From assembly GCA_036630325.1 (NCBI GenBank), contig CP142735.1, forward strand, positions 1 to 64,000: 64,000 nt of DNA, in the 5' to 3' direction. Position numbers and translations under genes: made by a program. Below, one piece after another: positions 1 to 13,294 of this stretch (positions are counted from its first letter, which is position 1; every line of letters begins with the position of its first letter). The notes beneath the pieces are model-generated. The model searched no databases and had not been told where the DNA came from. It saw nothing but the letters and a program-made list of their open reading frames with translations. The stretch comes from Vairimorpha necatrix (Eukaryota).

Positions 1-3000
1 TAACCTACCTAACCTACCCTACCTAACCTACCTACCTACCTACCTACCTACCTACCTAACCTACCTAACCTACCTACCTAACCTACCTAACCTACCTAAC
101 CTACCTAACCTACCTACCTACCTAACCTACCTACCTACCTACCTAACCTACCTAACCTACCTAACCTACCTAACCTACCTACCTACCTACCTAACCTAAC
201 CTACCTACCTACCTAACCTACCTACCTAACCTAACCTACCTACCTAACCTAACCTACCTACCTAACCTACCTAACCTACCTAACCTACCTAACCTACCTA
301 ACCTACCTACCTAACCTACCTACCTACCTACCTAACCTACCTAACCTACCTAACCTACCTACCTACCTAACCTAACCTACCTACCTAACCTACCTAACCT
401 ACCTAACCTACCTACCTACCTAACCTACCTAACCTACCTACCTAACCTAACCTACCTAACCTACCTAACCTAACCTAACCTACCTACCTAACCTACCTAC
501 CTACCTACCTACCTACCTACCTACCTAACCTAACCTACCTACCTAACCTACCTAACCTACCTAACCTACCTACCTACCTAACCTACCTAACCTACCTACC
601 TAACCTAACCTACCTACCTACCTAACCTACCTAACCTACCTACCTACCTAACCTAACCTAACCTACCTACCTAACCTACCTACCTAACCTACCTACCTAA
701 CCTACCTACCTAACCTACCTACCTACCTACCTAACCTACCTAACCTAACCTACCTAACCTACCTAACCTACCTACCTACCTACCTAACCTACCTACCTAC
801 CTACCTACCTACCTACCTACCTAACCTACCTAACCTACCTAACCTACCTACCTACCTACCTAACCTACCTACCTACCTACCTAACCTACCTAACCTACCT
901 ACCTACCTAACCTACCTACCTAACCTACCTACCTACCTACCTACCTACCTAACCTACCTAACCTACCTAACCTACCTAACCTACCTACCTAACCTAACCT
1001 AACCTACCTACCTACCTAACCTACCTACCTAACCTACCTAACCTAACCTACCTAACCTACCTACCTACCTACCTACCTACCTACCTACCTAACCTAACCT
1101 ACCTAACCTACCTACCTACCTACCTACCTACCTACCTAACCTACCTAACCTACCTACCTAACCTACCTACCTACCTACCTAACCTACCTACCTACCTACC
1201 TAACCTAACCTACCTAACCTACCTAACCTACCTAACCTACCTAACCTACCTACCTACCTACCTAACCTACCTACCTACCTAACCTAACCTACCTAACCTA
1301 CCTAACCTACCTACCTAACCTACCTAACCTACCTACCTACCTACCTAACCTACCTACCTAACCTACCTACCTAACCTACCTACCTACCTAACCTACCTAA
1401 CCTACCTAACCTACCTAACCTACCTACCTACCTACCTACCTAACCTACCTACCTAACCTACCTAACCTACCTACCTAACCTACCTACCTAACCTAACCTA
1501 CCTACCTAACCTACCTACCTACCTAACCTACCTACCTAACCTACCTACCTAACCTACCTACACCTACCTAACCTACCTACCTACCTAACCTAACCTACCT
1601 AACCTAACCTACCTAACCTACCTACCTAACCTAACCTAACCTACCTACCTACCTAACCTACCTACCTAACCTACCTACCTACCTACCTAACCTACCTACC
1701 TACCTAACCTACCTAACCTAACCTAACCTACCTACCTAACCTACCTACCTAACCTACCTAACCTAACCTAACCTACCTACCTACCTAACCTACCTAACCT
1801 ACCTAACCTACCTACCTACCTAACCTACCTACCTAACCTACCTACCTACCTAACCTACCTACCTAACCTACCTAACCTACCTACCTACCTACCTAACCTA
1901 CCTACCTAACCTACCTAACCTACCTAACCTACCTAACCTACCTACCTACCTACCTAACCTACCTAACCTAACCTACCTACCTAACCTACCTACCTAACCT
2001 ACCTACCTAACCTAACCTACCTAACCTACCTACCTACCTACCTAACCTACCTACCTACCTAACCTACCTACCTACCTAACCTACCTACCTAACCTACCTA
2101 CCTACCTACCTAACCTACCTACCTACCTAACCTAACCTAACCTACCTACCTAACCTACCTACCTACCTAACCTACCTAACCTACCTAACCTACCTAACCT
2201 ACCTAACCTACCTAACCTAACCTACCTACCTACCTAACCTACCTACCTAACCTACCTAACCTACCTACCTAACCTACCTAACCTACCTACCTACCTACCT
2301 ACCTAACCTACCTAACCTACCTACCTAACCTACCTAACCTAACCTACCTACCTACCTAACCTACCTACCTAACCTACCTAACCTACCTACCTAACCTACC
2401 TACCTACCTACCTAACCTACCTACCTAACCTACCTACCTAACCTACCTAACCTACCTACCTACCTAACCTACCTAACCTACCTACCTACCTAACCTACCT
2501 AACCTACCTACCTACCTAACCTAACCTACCTACCTACCTACCTAACCTACCTACCTAACCTACCTACCTAACCTACCTACCTAACCTACCTACCTAACCT
2601 ACCTACCTAACCTACCTAACCTACCTAACCTACCTACCTACCTAACCTACCTAACCTACCTAACCTACCTAACCTACCTAACCTACCTAACCTACCTAAC
2701 CTACCTAACCTACCTAACCTACCTAACCTACCTAACCTAACCTAACCTACCTAACCTAACCTACCTAACCTACCTACCTACCTAACCTACCTACCTACCT
2801 ACCTACCTAACCTACCTAACCTACCTACCTAACCTACCTACCTACCTACCTAACCTACCTAACCTACCTAACCTACCTACCTACCTAACCTACCTACCTA
2901 CCTACCTAACCTACCTAACCTACCTAACCTACCTACCTACCTAACCTACCTACCTACCTAACCTACCTACCTAACCTACTACCTAACCTACCTACCTACC

Positions 3001-3663
3001 TAACCTACCTACCTAACCTACCTACCTACCTACCTACCTAACCTACCTACCTAACCTACCTACCTACCTACCTACCTAACCTACCTAACCTACCTACCTA
3101 CCTAACCTACCTACCTACCTAACCTACCTACCTACCCTAACCACCTACCTACCTAACCACCTAACCTACCTACCTACCTACCTACCTACCTACCTAACCT
3201 ACCTACCTACCTACCTACCCTACCTACTACCTACCTACCTAACCTACTAACCTACCTACCTACCTACCTACCTAACCTACCTACCTAACCTAACCTAACC
3301 TACCTACCTAACCTACTACCTAACCTAACCTACCTACCTACCTAACCTACCTAACTACCTACCTAACCTACCTAACCACCTACCTAACCACCTACCTAAC
3401 CTACCTACCTAACCTACCCTACCTAACCTACCTAACCTACCTAACCTACCTAACCTACCTAACCTACCTAACCTAACCTACCTACCTAACCTAACCTAAC
3501 CTAACCTAACCTAACCTAACCTACCTAACCTACCTAACCTACCTAACCTAACCTACCACCACCACCTACCTACCTACCTACCTACCTACCTAACCTACCT
3601 AACCTACCTAACCTAACTTACCTAACCTAACCTAACCTACCTAACCTACCCTACCTAACCTAC
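1..3663 (-). repeat. Telomeric array of interspersed TAGG and TTAGG units (CCTA/CCTAA on the + strand), degenerating in the proximal ~550 bp
   Basis: Continuous CCTA/CCTAA units from base 1. Variant units (ctactac, accacc, cccta) become frequent after ~3130. A C-rich + strand at the window start fits a left chromosome end. Confidence 0.97.
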
Positions 3664-3823
3664 ACGTAAGCTTTTAGCCCTCAAACCTGTCTGAATCTTT
3701 TGTTTAAAAAATTTATTAATTAACTCAATCTGAAACTAAAATAAATGAAAATCGAAAATTTGTTGATAAATTTTAACTAATTATCTCTCAATTCAATAAT
3801 TTTTTTTCTGATTAATGATTATA

Positions 3824-6800
3824 TGTTATACATTTATTTAAGAATAGTTCAACCCTAACATCCCCCTCCAAACAGGTAGTCCCACGTTACAAGCTTCTAA
3901 CTTTCCATTTTTAGAATCTTTTAGGTCTTAATATCGTTTTTAGTGTATCTTCCGCCATCAGTCCTTACAATATAAGAATCATTCTAACACTTTCCCATTA
4001 TTTTCAAACATTTGTAAATCTTCCTTTCATATTTTTCATCTATTTACCCAAATTTTCTCTTCTTGCGATTCTCACAGCCTGATCTACTTCAAATTTTTCT
4101 CTATGCCTTTGAATGAACCTACTTGCATACACACCCTTTTCATCGTTTTCAATAAAAAATAAATCTCATTGTTCTTTCCATGCTTCCATTGGTGTACATT
4201 TTATCGCTGTGTGTAGAGTATTATTATTGGTTCTTTCAGCTTGTTCTAGTTTTTCCTCTGGGTTTCCTTCATTTTCAATGATCATCGATTCCCTTATTGT
4301 TCAAATACATCGTTCTATTCTTCCATTACTCTCATGAGCTTCTAAACCGACTTTTTATTGCATAATTTCGTTTTCTTTACACCAAGTTACAAACCTCCAA
4401 CTGAAAAATTTCTTACCGTTATCCGTAATATATTCATCTAAGCATCTTTTTCTAAAATTTTCGTAATAACATCACTTCCCATATTTTCCATCTTTGCGCC
4501 CCATACTCTTCTCGTAAAGGAGTCAGTCCCTAATCACCGTCTCTTTCTTTTTCCCAAATATCCATTATGTCTAAAGCTTTTTCTAATTTCTTAATATTGT
4601 TACAAAAATGCAACCTTCGGTCGTTTTTCTGTTATTAATGCTACATACTTGACAATTTTTTAGCGTTGTGATTATCTTGTCCAATACCTGGCCAGTACAG
4701 TCTTTGTTTTTTCTTATAATAAGTTTTTTCACTCCTCGATGATTTAATTCCTCATGAACTCTACGAATTTCTGTCTCTCTTAGTTCTTTTTTAGCATTTC
4801 TTTGATTTCTCTTGTTAAGAAATCTAATAGTTTTTACCTTCTCTTTTAACCATGCGCTTTTTTCTTTTCCTTTCAATTGTTTTTGGGTCCGTTTCTCTCT
4901 TTCGCTGCTTTCTTTCACTTTGTTATTTTTAAATTGTCTACTAAGAGCATCCACATACGTCTCCCATTCGCCTTTTACATATTCAATAGTAAAACCATAT
5001 TCTTGTATATATTATATCTATCTATTTATTTTGTTATTATGAAAAAACGATTTGTTTTGAATCTCAGCCAGTCTTTTATGATTTGTCATTTAATATAATT
5101 TGCTTCCCTCAAATCGGATTCGAATTTCTTTATTCTAAATAACACTGCCAACGTCATTTTTTCATTAATCATATACCTTTTTTCTGTTGCTGTTAACATT
5201 TATAATGCTCATTGTATCGGAATCCACAACCCTTGTCTTCTTGCAATAGTATAGCTCAAATTTCCGTATCGCATGCATCCGTTCTTACTCTAAATATTTT
5301 TTAACTATCTTCTATTTTTAATTTTTTCACATTCTTTAAACCCTCTTTGATATCCATAAGAGCTCTTTCCATATCTTCGGACCATCCCCATTTAACATCT
5401 TTTTTAGTGCTTCTGTAAGACGTGCTGTCCGTTAAGCATATTGGGTAATAAAATCTCTAAACCAGCCTGCCCGTCCCTCAAATCTTCTAAGATCTTTTAT
5501 GTTGTTAGGCCCTCTGTATTCTAATCTCTTTTGCTTTTAATTTTGTTAGGTGTAATGTCTTCTCCGTTAATTGATACTTCAAGTAGTTTTACTTCTCCTT
5601 TATATTTTATTTTTTTTTTAGTTTCTTTTAATCCACATTCGTTAAGTTTTCGAATTACTTGTTTTAAAAAAATTTCGTGTAGATTTCTATCTCTTGCATA
5701 AATAATAATATTATCCATGTACACCTCAACGCTCTTGCCTCTAAACTTATCTAAAATTCCGTTAATCATATTTTTCATTATATGTGGATCATTTTAAATC
5801 CCATTACAATGCTATTCCATTTGTTAACTCGAACAATTATCTCAAAATCTTTCTTTTTTTATTTGAGCTTTCTCAATTTTATATGATAGAATTCTAACTT
5901 CAAGTCCAAAACCATAGATAATTTAGAACCTTCCGTTGCCCTAATAATGTCTCTAATCAATGGCAATTCATACGGATCTTTTTAAACCAGTTCGTTTGAA
6001 GCCATCAAATTACTTCTCAATTGTACTTCACTATTTGGTTTTTCTATTGGCTTAATTAGGCTTCTCCATTTGCTCTTTGTCCTTCTGATAATACCTCTAA
6101 TTTCTAATAAATTAATATACTTTTCTTAAAGATAATCAGAAATATTTTGTCTTTTTTTAATTACTTTCACTCCTTGTTTTGTTTTGATAGAACATTTTCC
6201 CCCTGTTTCGTATTTTATTTACTTCTTCTTTTCCTAATACCTCTGGAAATTTTCCTTCCAATTCTTCATGTTTATTAATATTTTTTCTTCTTTTATCTTG
6301 GTTTGTATTTTTTACATAAAAACTGTTTCTTGAGTTCTCTCTTTAAACCTCCACTGATAGTTTATATATAAAATCATTTCCTTTTAATATTTTCATTTTT
6401 CTATTTTCACGAATGCTAAAAAATTTAACACTTTTATTTTCATTGTTCTCTTCCTGTCTTCCTTTACGCTCAAAAAACCTCTAGCTATATGTATAATTCT
6501 TCTACATTTAAAACAATGTTTTTCTTCTCGTCTTTGATTTTATCAGTTTCTTCATAACACTGCTACAGTTCTAGTCAGTTATCCTTTAATCTTCTTTTTA
6601 ATTTTTCTTTCATAACCTCTACTATATCTTCTAGTTCTCTACTCCTTATTTTTTCCTTGTTCATGTTCTCTTCCTCTTCAACAACTAATTTATCAATTTC
6701 ATCAATAATATCATTCCAAAAAATCATATTGATTAAATTTTTATCAATAAAAAAAACCTGAAGTTCAGAACTTACTTGTTTTATCGACTGCTTCGTTGTC

Positions 6801-6958
6801 ACATCTTTTACATCTTTCTGCATTCTGATGATTGCTTCTACTCTCCGAGCTTCTTTTAGTAATTTTCTCTTCTCTTAAACACAGGTCTCACTTGGTACCC
6901 TTTCGTCTTTTGTGTTTGCCATGTTATACATTTATTAATAGGAGGTCCATCTTTAACA
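3824..6958 (-). mobile_element. Decayed Ty3/Gypsy-like LTR retrotransposon with 37-bp LTRs (3824-3860, 6922-6958) and 5-bp TSD TTATA
   Basis: TGTTA...TAACA direct repeats, TTATA at 3819-3823 and 6959-6963, PPT GGAGGGGGA at 3861-3869 and a TGG-starting PBS next to 6921. Fragmented RT (VYMDNIII), integrase HHCC (H..LNHRG...CQVC) and gag pieces in ORFs 4583-4954, 5521-5778 and 6575-6823. Confidence 0.88.
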
Positions 6959-9900
6959 TTATAATTAAAACACAAAGTATTTTTGGTATAATTCTGCTAA
7001 TAAATTTATGTAATATTATATTGTAAAAGTATGAAATATGTATTCGTTTTGTAATATATATTATTGTAAAAAAAGTCATTTTTGTGTTTTAACATATTTA
7101 TTACTCGAAATATTCGTATTATACTAAAAAAATAATATTTTAGGGATATTATAAGATAACTTAAATCTCGAATGCGGTACTAACGCATATATACAGACAC
7201 AGGAGCTTATACTTTTTAGGAAAGCTTATGAGAATCACTTTGAATAAAAAAATTGGATCTAAATTCCAAAAAAGTTTAAGGGCGTAATAATTTGGAAACA
7301 TTAAGGACTAGACTCCAAGGTTTATTTGAAAATACAATACGAATAACTTATTACATTTAAAAATTTAACCTTAGAATTATGTGAAATTAAAATAGATCAA
7401 TTAAAGTAATTAAGATTTATCTAAATTAATATGATTTAGTTTATTTTTATAAAATAAAAAATTTTAAAAAAAATTTGTTTTTTTATATTTTGTTATTGAA
7501 TATTAATATCTACTCGGATGCTGCATAGGGATGCGTCTTCTTCTAATGTACAATCTTATTTTTCTATGTATTTGCCCAACTGTTCAGGAAGTCTTTTATA
7601 ATTACAAATGTTATTGTGTCTATTTTTAATGTTCTCTTTGGGATTTAATTTTTTATGGTAGAAAATATAATATTTTAAAAATAAAAGCGTGTGAAAATAT
7701 TGGACAATTGAAAAATACTTCCTATATAAAATATATTTGATATGTGATCATAATGCCCTAGATATGTTTTTTTTATACTTATATATTTTCTTTTATAACC
7801 GTTAAATTTACTTCTTGATTGATCTTCATATAATTTCAATTATGAAGAGAATTAGTTTGATATGTTTGATAACCAGTTAATATTGATAAATTTTTGCGAT
7901 TTAGATATGTTGTATATTTGAAATTATTGCTTAAAAAATTGCGAGTAGTTTAAAAATAACCTATCTTTATCTCTGAAAATGTTTTACATAATGTGTTATG
8001 TTAAAATGTTATTTTTTACGATAAAACCAATTTATGGATTATTAAAAAATTTTAAGTTCTAATTAATCATTAGATTGATTTCATTCTGCGATAATCAAAA
8101 TGTTTATTCCAAAAAAATTCATAAAAATTTTTATATTAAATATTTAAAATTTAAATTATCAATTTATCTTTATATTTTTTTATCAATTAATATTTAAATT
8201 AAATATTATTTAATAATTTTTAGAAATCGTCAACCGCATCTATGTTTAATATGTAATTGTGTTTATGCATAAAAATATTTTCTGTCATTATTAAAGATAA
8301 GATTTGTTTTTTAATTTATATGCTCTTACATTATATTATCCTTAAATTTATATAAATATCTATTAATTAGTTGCATTGGGTTTTGTTTATACTTTTTATT
8401 AACCCTTCTTAGCTTTTATTGATTTATATTTTTTAATTCTTCGGTTAGTGTAAGATCTTTTTCATAAAAGTTACTAATTCTGTATTTATTTTGATTTTAT
8501 TTTTACTATAATTATAGTATTAATAATAAATACGTGGAATATATGATATTTACTATAAAAATTCAAATGAAGAAATACGAAATTCATTTCAAGCCTAGTT
8601 TTGTGTATAAATTTGCAATTAGTATATATATATATATGGATATATATTGATTATCTTATTATTTTAAATGTATTTAATATGTTTTCTGACCATTATTAGA
8701 TTTATTTTTTAGATATTTATCATTATTTTCATTGAAATAATTTTTTGTATTTTATTTTATAATATTTTACAGATTATAACCATTATTTTTTAAAATACTG
8801 TTGTAATAAAGGATAACAGAATGAAATGTTGTTCGTTATGTTCTTCTATAGATGTTTATATTTAATTTTCGTCGTATGTCTTTATGTTTCTTTGAGACTT
8901 TTATTTTTTCTTTATGAATTTTCTTGATATTATTTGGTTTATATATGCTACATTTTTATAATAATTTTAAAAACTTAAGTTAAGCATAAAAAATGAGTTT
9001 TTAGATATGAAGAACTTTCCAATGCTTCCTTGCGATAAATAGTATTGAATGTTTTTTTATAAGAATGATTTAAATCATTTATAAAACTTTTTGAAATATT
9101 GATTGTAATTTATAACTTTAATCTACAATTTTTAAAACCCTCCGTGATATGGTTTCTTTTGAAATTCAAACATATAAAAATTTTAAATAGATTATTATTA
9201 ATATTATATAAATTTTTAGTCATTGAATCATATGTTTTCGTGTAGGTTAAATATATTTAAAGTTTAATAATGTAGGTGTTATACATTGCATTGTTAATTT
9301 TCGATTGATATATTATTTTTAAAAATCATTAAGTCGTTATATTGTTTAAAACTTAATAGTTATTTTATTCAGTCGTATGTGTATTATTAAGAGCAACATT
9401 TGAAATATAAAATTCAATTTAATGATCAAAAAATATTATTTTCGTTTTAGTGGTTGTGACTTCTAGCTTAATTAGTCGTCTAAATTTAATTGTATGAAAT
9501 TTTCTTCTTTTTACTTATCTAAAATTATTTGAACGTTTAGTTTGAATGTTTTTATTAACTATTCTAAAAGAAAATATTTATTTTCAAAACAAGTTTTATT
9601 CCAATATGTTTTTTTGATAAAAAAAAGTTATCCTACTACTTTAAATATATTTTCTTTTAAATATTGTTTTTGTAATATCAACCTCAATTATCTTTATTAA
9701 AATTGCATTTCGAAATATATTAGTTTTTTCAAAGATTTTTTTTGGCATTATGTTTATCTTACTTGTAGATAAATCTTTGGGTATTATAAAATTTATATTG
9801 AAGTAAAAAATTTTCTTGACCTTTTCATACTTAGATTCAATCTAACGCATTTTGTTGAACTATAGACAATATATAATATCATAATTAAATTTCAATTTTA

Positions 9901-12900
9901 CTTTAAAAATATTGACTCTATCGGTTTTTATCGAGTTTTTGAATAAAAAATTATAAATATCTAATAATTATAAGACAAAGAACGAAATTTTTTATTTTAT
10001 AAAAGAAATTATTAAGTTTAGTCTTTTAACTAATAATATTTCATTTTTTTGCTAAATAATATAATTTTTTATTTTTTTTTTAATATGTGTAAATGAATTA
10101 TTATATATTCTAAAAATTTAATTTCTTAAGAATACTTTTAAATTTTTGAGACAAACGATATATAAATATTATTTAGATGTTTTTTCTAAGATTCTTATTT
10201 GTTTTGAAGTATTACCATAATGTTAATATTTAATATATGCAATTCTAACTTTTAGACTTTTCTTTTATTTTTTTGTAAATAATCTTGAAAACTTCCAGGT
10301 GAAATATTATATAGTATTATAATTGAGAAAAATTTATCTTGAATTGACATGTTTTTAGTGGATTTTTAATTTTATTAAGCTAGTGTTTATCATGTTTTTT
10401 TTATGTTATTACTCTTTATATTAATTAAAATTATTTTCTGCTAAGTAAATAAATTTTGAAATTTATATTCCGTCTGCGTGTAACTACGGTATATAAGCTT
10501 TTTTATAAATATAGCATTTCATGATAAATTCTTATTCGTTATTAAGTGTATTGGATTTATATGCATTTCTATCCCCCAATTTCTGGTTTTATTTTTTTGG
10601 AATATGCGACGTTTTTTTCAAAATCTCGAAAACGTTTTATATACAACAACTTTGTATTTGTTTGTATGTGCTATTGTATTTATGTAATTATTCATAATTA
10701 AAAATTTACTTATAATTTCTTACAATATTATAATATGGAAAATGTATTTAAGTAGGTTTCCCTAGGATTTTTTAAAATCAATAAAATGCATGTTGTTTCT
10801 AAGTAAAATTCTTTTTACCATTACTGAACGATTGTACAATGAATAGGTCTTATTTTATATTGTCAATTTAATATAATTTTCTTCAATACTTCTAATTATA
10901 CATTAAATAAATGATTTCCCATGAATATATAATTTTAGGATAATAGTTGATTAAATTTAGTTTTTTTTTATAATATTTCGATTTTCATACTTAAATTTTG
11001 ATCAAATTATCATAAAAAAATATTATACTTAACGGATTTAGAAAGTATTATATATAACAAAAGAGCGATTATCAAATATTTAACCGATAGATTTTTTTAT
11101 TGGTTTGTTCTTATTTATTCGAAATTAATAATAAAATAATATTTTTTTATAAGTATAAAAAGTATTGATGATTTTACTTTTTAGAATTTTTTTGGTCATA
11201 ATTTCTAATTTTGTGTGGTCAATATGATTGTAAACAACAAATTAATATTTGTGACAATTGTTTTTTACCAACTTCGATTTCAAAAGTCTACAATGTTTTA
11301 TAACTGAATCTTCTTTAGAATTCTATCAATCAAAAAAATGTAATATCCTAGGTTAATCGAAATTCGTTTAAAATTTTTATATAATATTTTTTTTCGTTTT
11401 TTAACCATTAGTAATTATTATACTTAATAATGTGTACATATTGGTCATATATAAATTTAATATAGTTGGTTTTTAAGTATACGTTTCATTTAGAAAATCG
11501 TCTGATATGTTCTAGATAATTAAAAAACTTCATTGATAGTTTTAATTGTACTTAAATTATACTATATGCAATATTGGGGTTTATTTTTGTATTCTTGGCG
11601 TAGATTTTAATCTAAAAGAAAATTGTATTTCATCTAATATCTTTTTTGTAAATCTTATTTTGAATTCTTATGTATTTATCTTGCAAAGCAATATGAATAA
11701 ATCATATGTATATCTTTTCTTTATAATCCCTTTACTATCTAGTTATAATAGATGAATATTATTTGTATCATTTCTAAAACAGTGCTATTTTTGATCGTAA
11801 AAATAATTCCATTTATTTTCTTTCGTACTTATACCAAATGAAAAAAGGAAAGATCAAATTTAAATTATCTTGTTATTACCTATAATTTAGTTAGATTGAG
11901 TGTAGAATTCGTTTTAAATTTTAAAAGATATTTTTTTCTTTCTACCAATATGCTCGTTCTTATTTTTTCTTTATTTATCTGTTCTCCATAGATAAAACTT
12001 TGCTACTTCTAAGTTATAAGGCTAAAAATGTTTTGCCATTAATAACTTTATGATTGTGTACTTGCTTCATAGATATTCCTTGCCCTTCATATGCAAACTT
12101 TTTTTTTAAATTTTATTTTTATTGTAATAATTTTTTAGCCACGTAAGTTAAAGGTTAATTATTTTGCATGGATAAACACATATTGTAAATTTTTCATTTT
12201 TTGTTGTATTATTGGTGTGTTGGAACGTTGTTGGTGAATATTTGACAATTAAACTTCGACAACTGTCCTTATGATGTAATCGTTAATACACGTTTCCAAA
12301 AAACCTTTGACTTTAGTTTATCAAGTTTTGGTTTTTTAACATTTATTTAAATACTTTAATGCATATACCTAAATTATTTTAGATAAATTTAGAATCTTAT
12401 TTCTTGTATATAATATATCCTAATTTATTCAACAAATATATTTTTATACTAAATTATATGTCTTAAATGATTAATATATAGTGTCAGACATTTCTTGTAA
12501 TTAAATCACTCAATGATTGTGTTTTCATTTCTTTTTGAAAGAATCTTATTTACCTGTTTTGAAAAATATGTTTTTACCTTGCAAAAAGAAATAAATATAT
12601 CGTTTAATTAACGTATTATGTCCAAAGCCGATTTAATATGATTAACTTTACTTCAATTTTTTATTTTTATGGCGATTCTGCACATAATGCGTTCATTATT
12701 TTTTTATGAACAGCAAATTATATACTTACGTACTCATACGAAAAGACAAATAAATCTAAATTTCTTAAAATATTAATTATACAGATACATACGTTGGCAA
12801 CCTCTAATAAAAAATGTACTAAATTGTGCAAAAGTTAATTTTCGAAATAACAATTATAATATTTATTCAGATGTATCAGGCTGCAGACCTGTACTGACGG

Positions 12901-12906
12901 TACGGC

Positions 12907-13110
12907 TTCCAATTAAACAATGATTATTGCGCTGTCAAACATCTCAGAGTATTGTAAATAAACATTAGACGTGTTTGACATTCACAAACTAAAAGTAAGA
13001 CAAGTGCACGTCACATGAAGTACTACTAATTCAGTAGAACATCGGTTTGATGTTTGTTTACATCTCAAAGAGTTTGACAGTTAATCTAATTAACTATTTA
13101 AACGGAATTT
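12907..13110. mobile_element. Degenerate inverted-repeat (MITE-like) element
   Basis: ctgtcaaacatctcagagtattgtaaataaacat near 12932 pairs imperfectly with atgtttgtttacatctcaaagagtttgacag near 13050-13080. Paralog at ~42600-42800. Confidence 0.5.
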
Positions 13111-13294
13111 ACCCCTGATTCACAATTTCGATGAGCAGAAAACAAGAAAATAATATAAATCAATATGTGAGTTTAGACTCACTCTCCTCTACTTCGGATC
13201 AGGCTACATTTTAGATCATAAGATGTGTATATACACCATAAAAAAAAAATTATTAATTTGTCATATATTTATTTCTTGTTTTTATTTTTAATTC

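Noticed and set aside
3851-3860. Telomere-targeting by the short-LTR element because its LTR contains TTAGG
   Set aside because: Only one 5-mer, absent from the other LTR. The element sits 160 bp from the array in an ordinary TTATA target, and both copies derive from one insertion.
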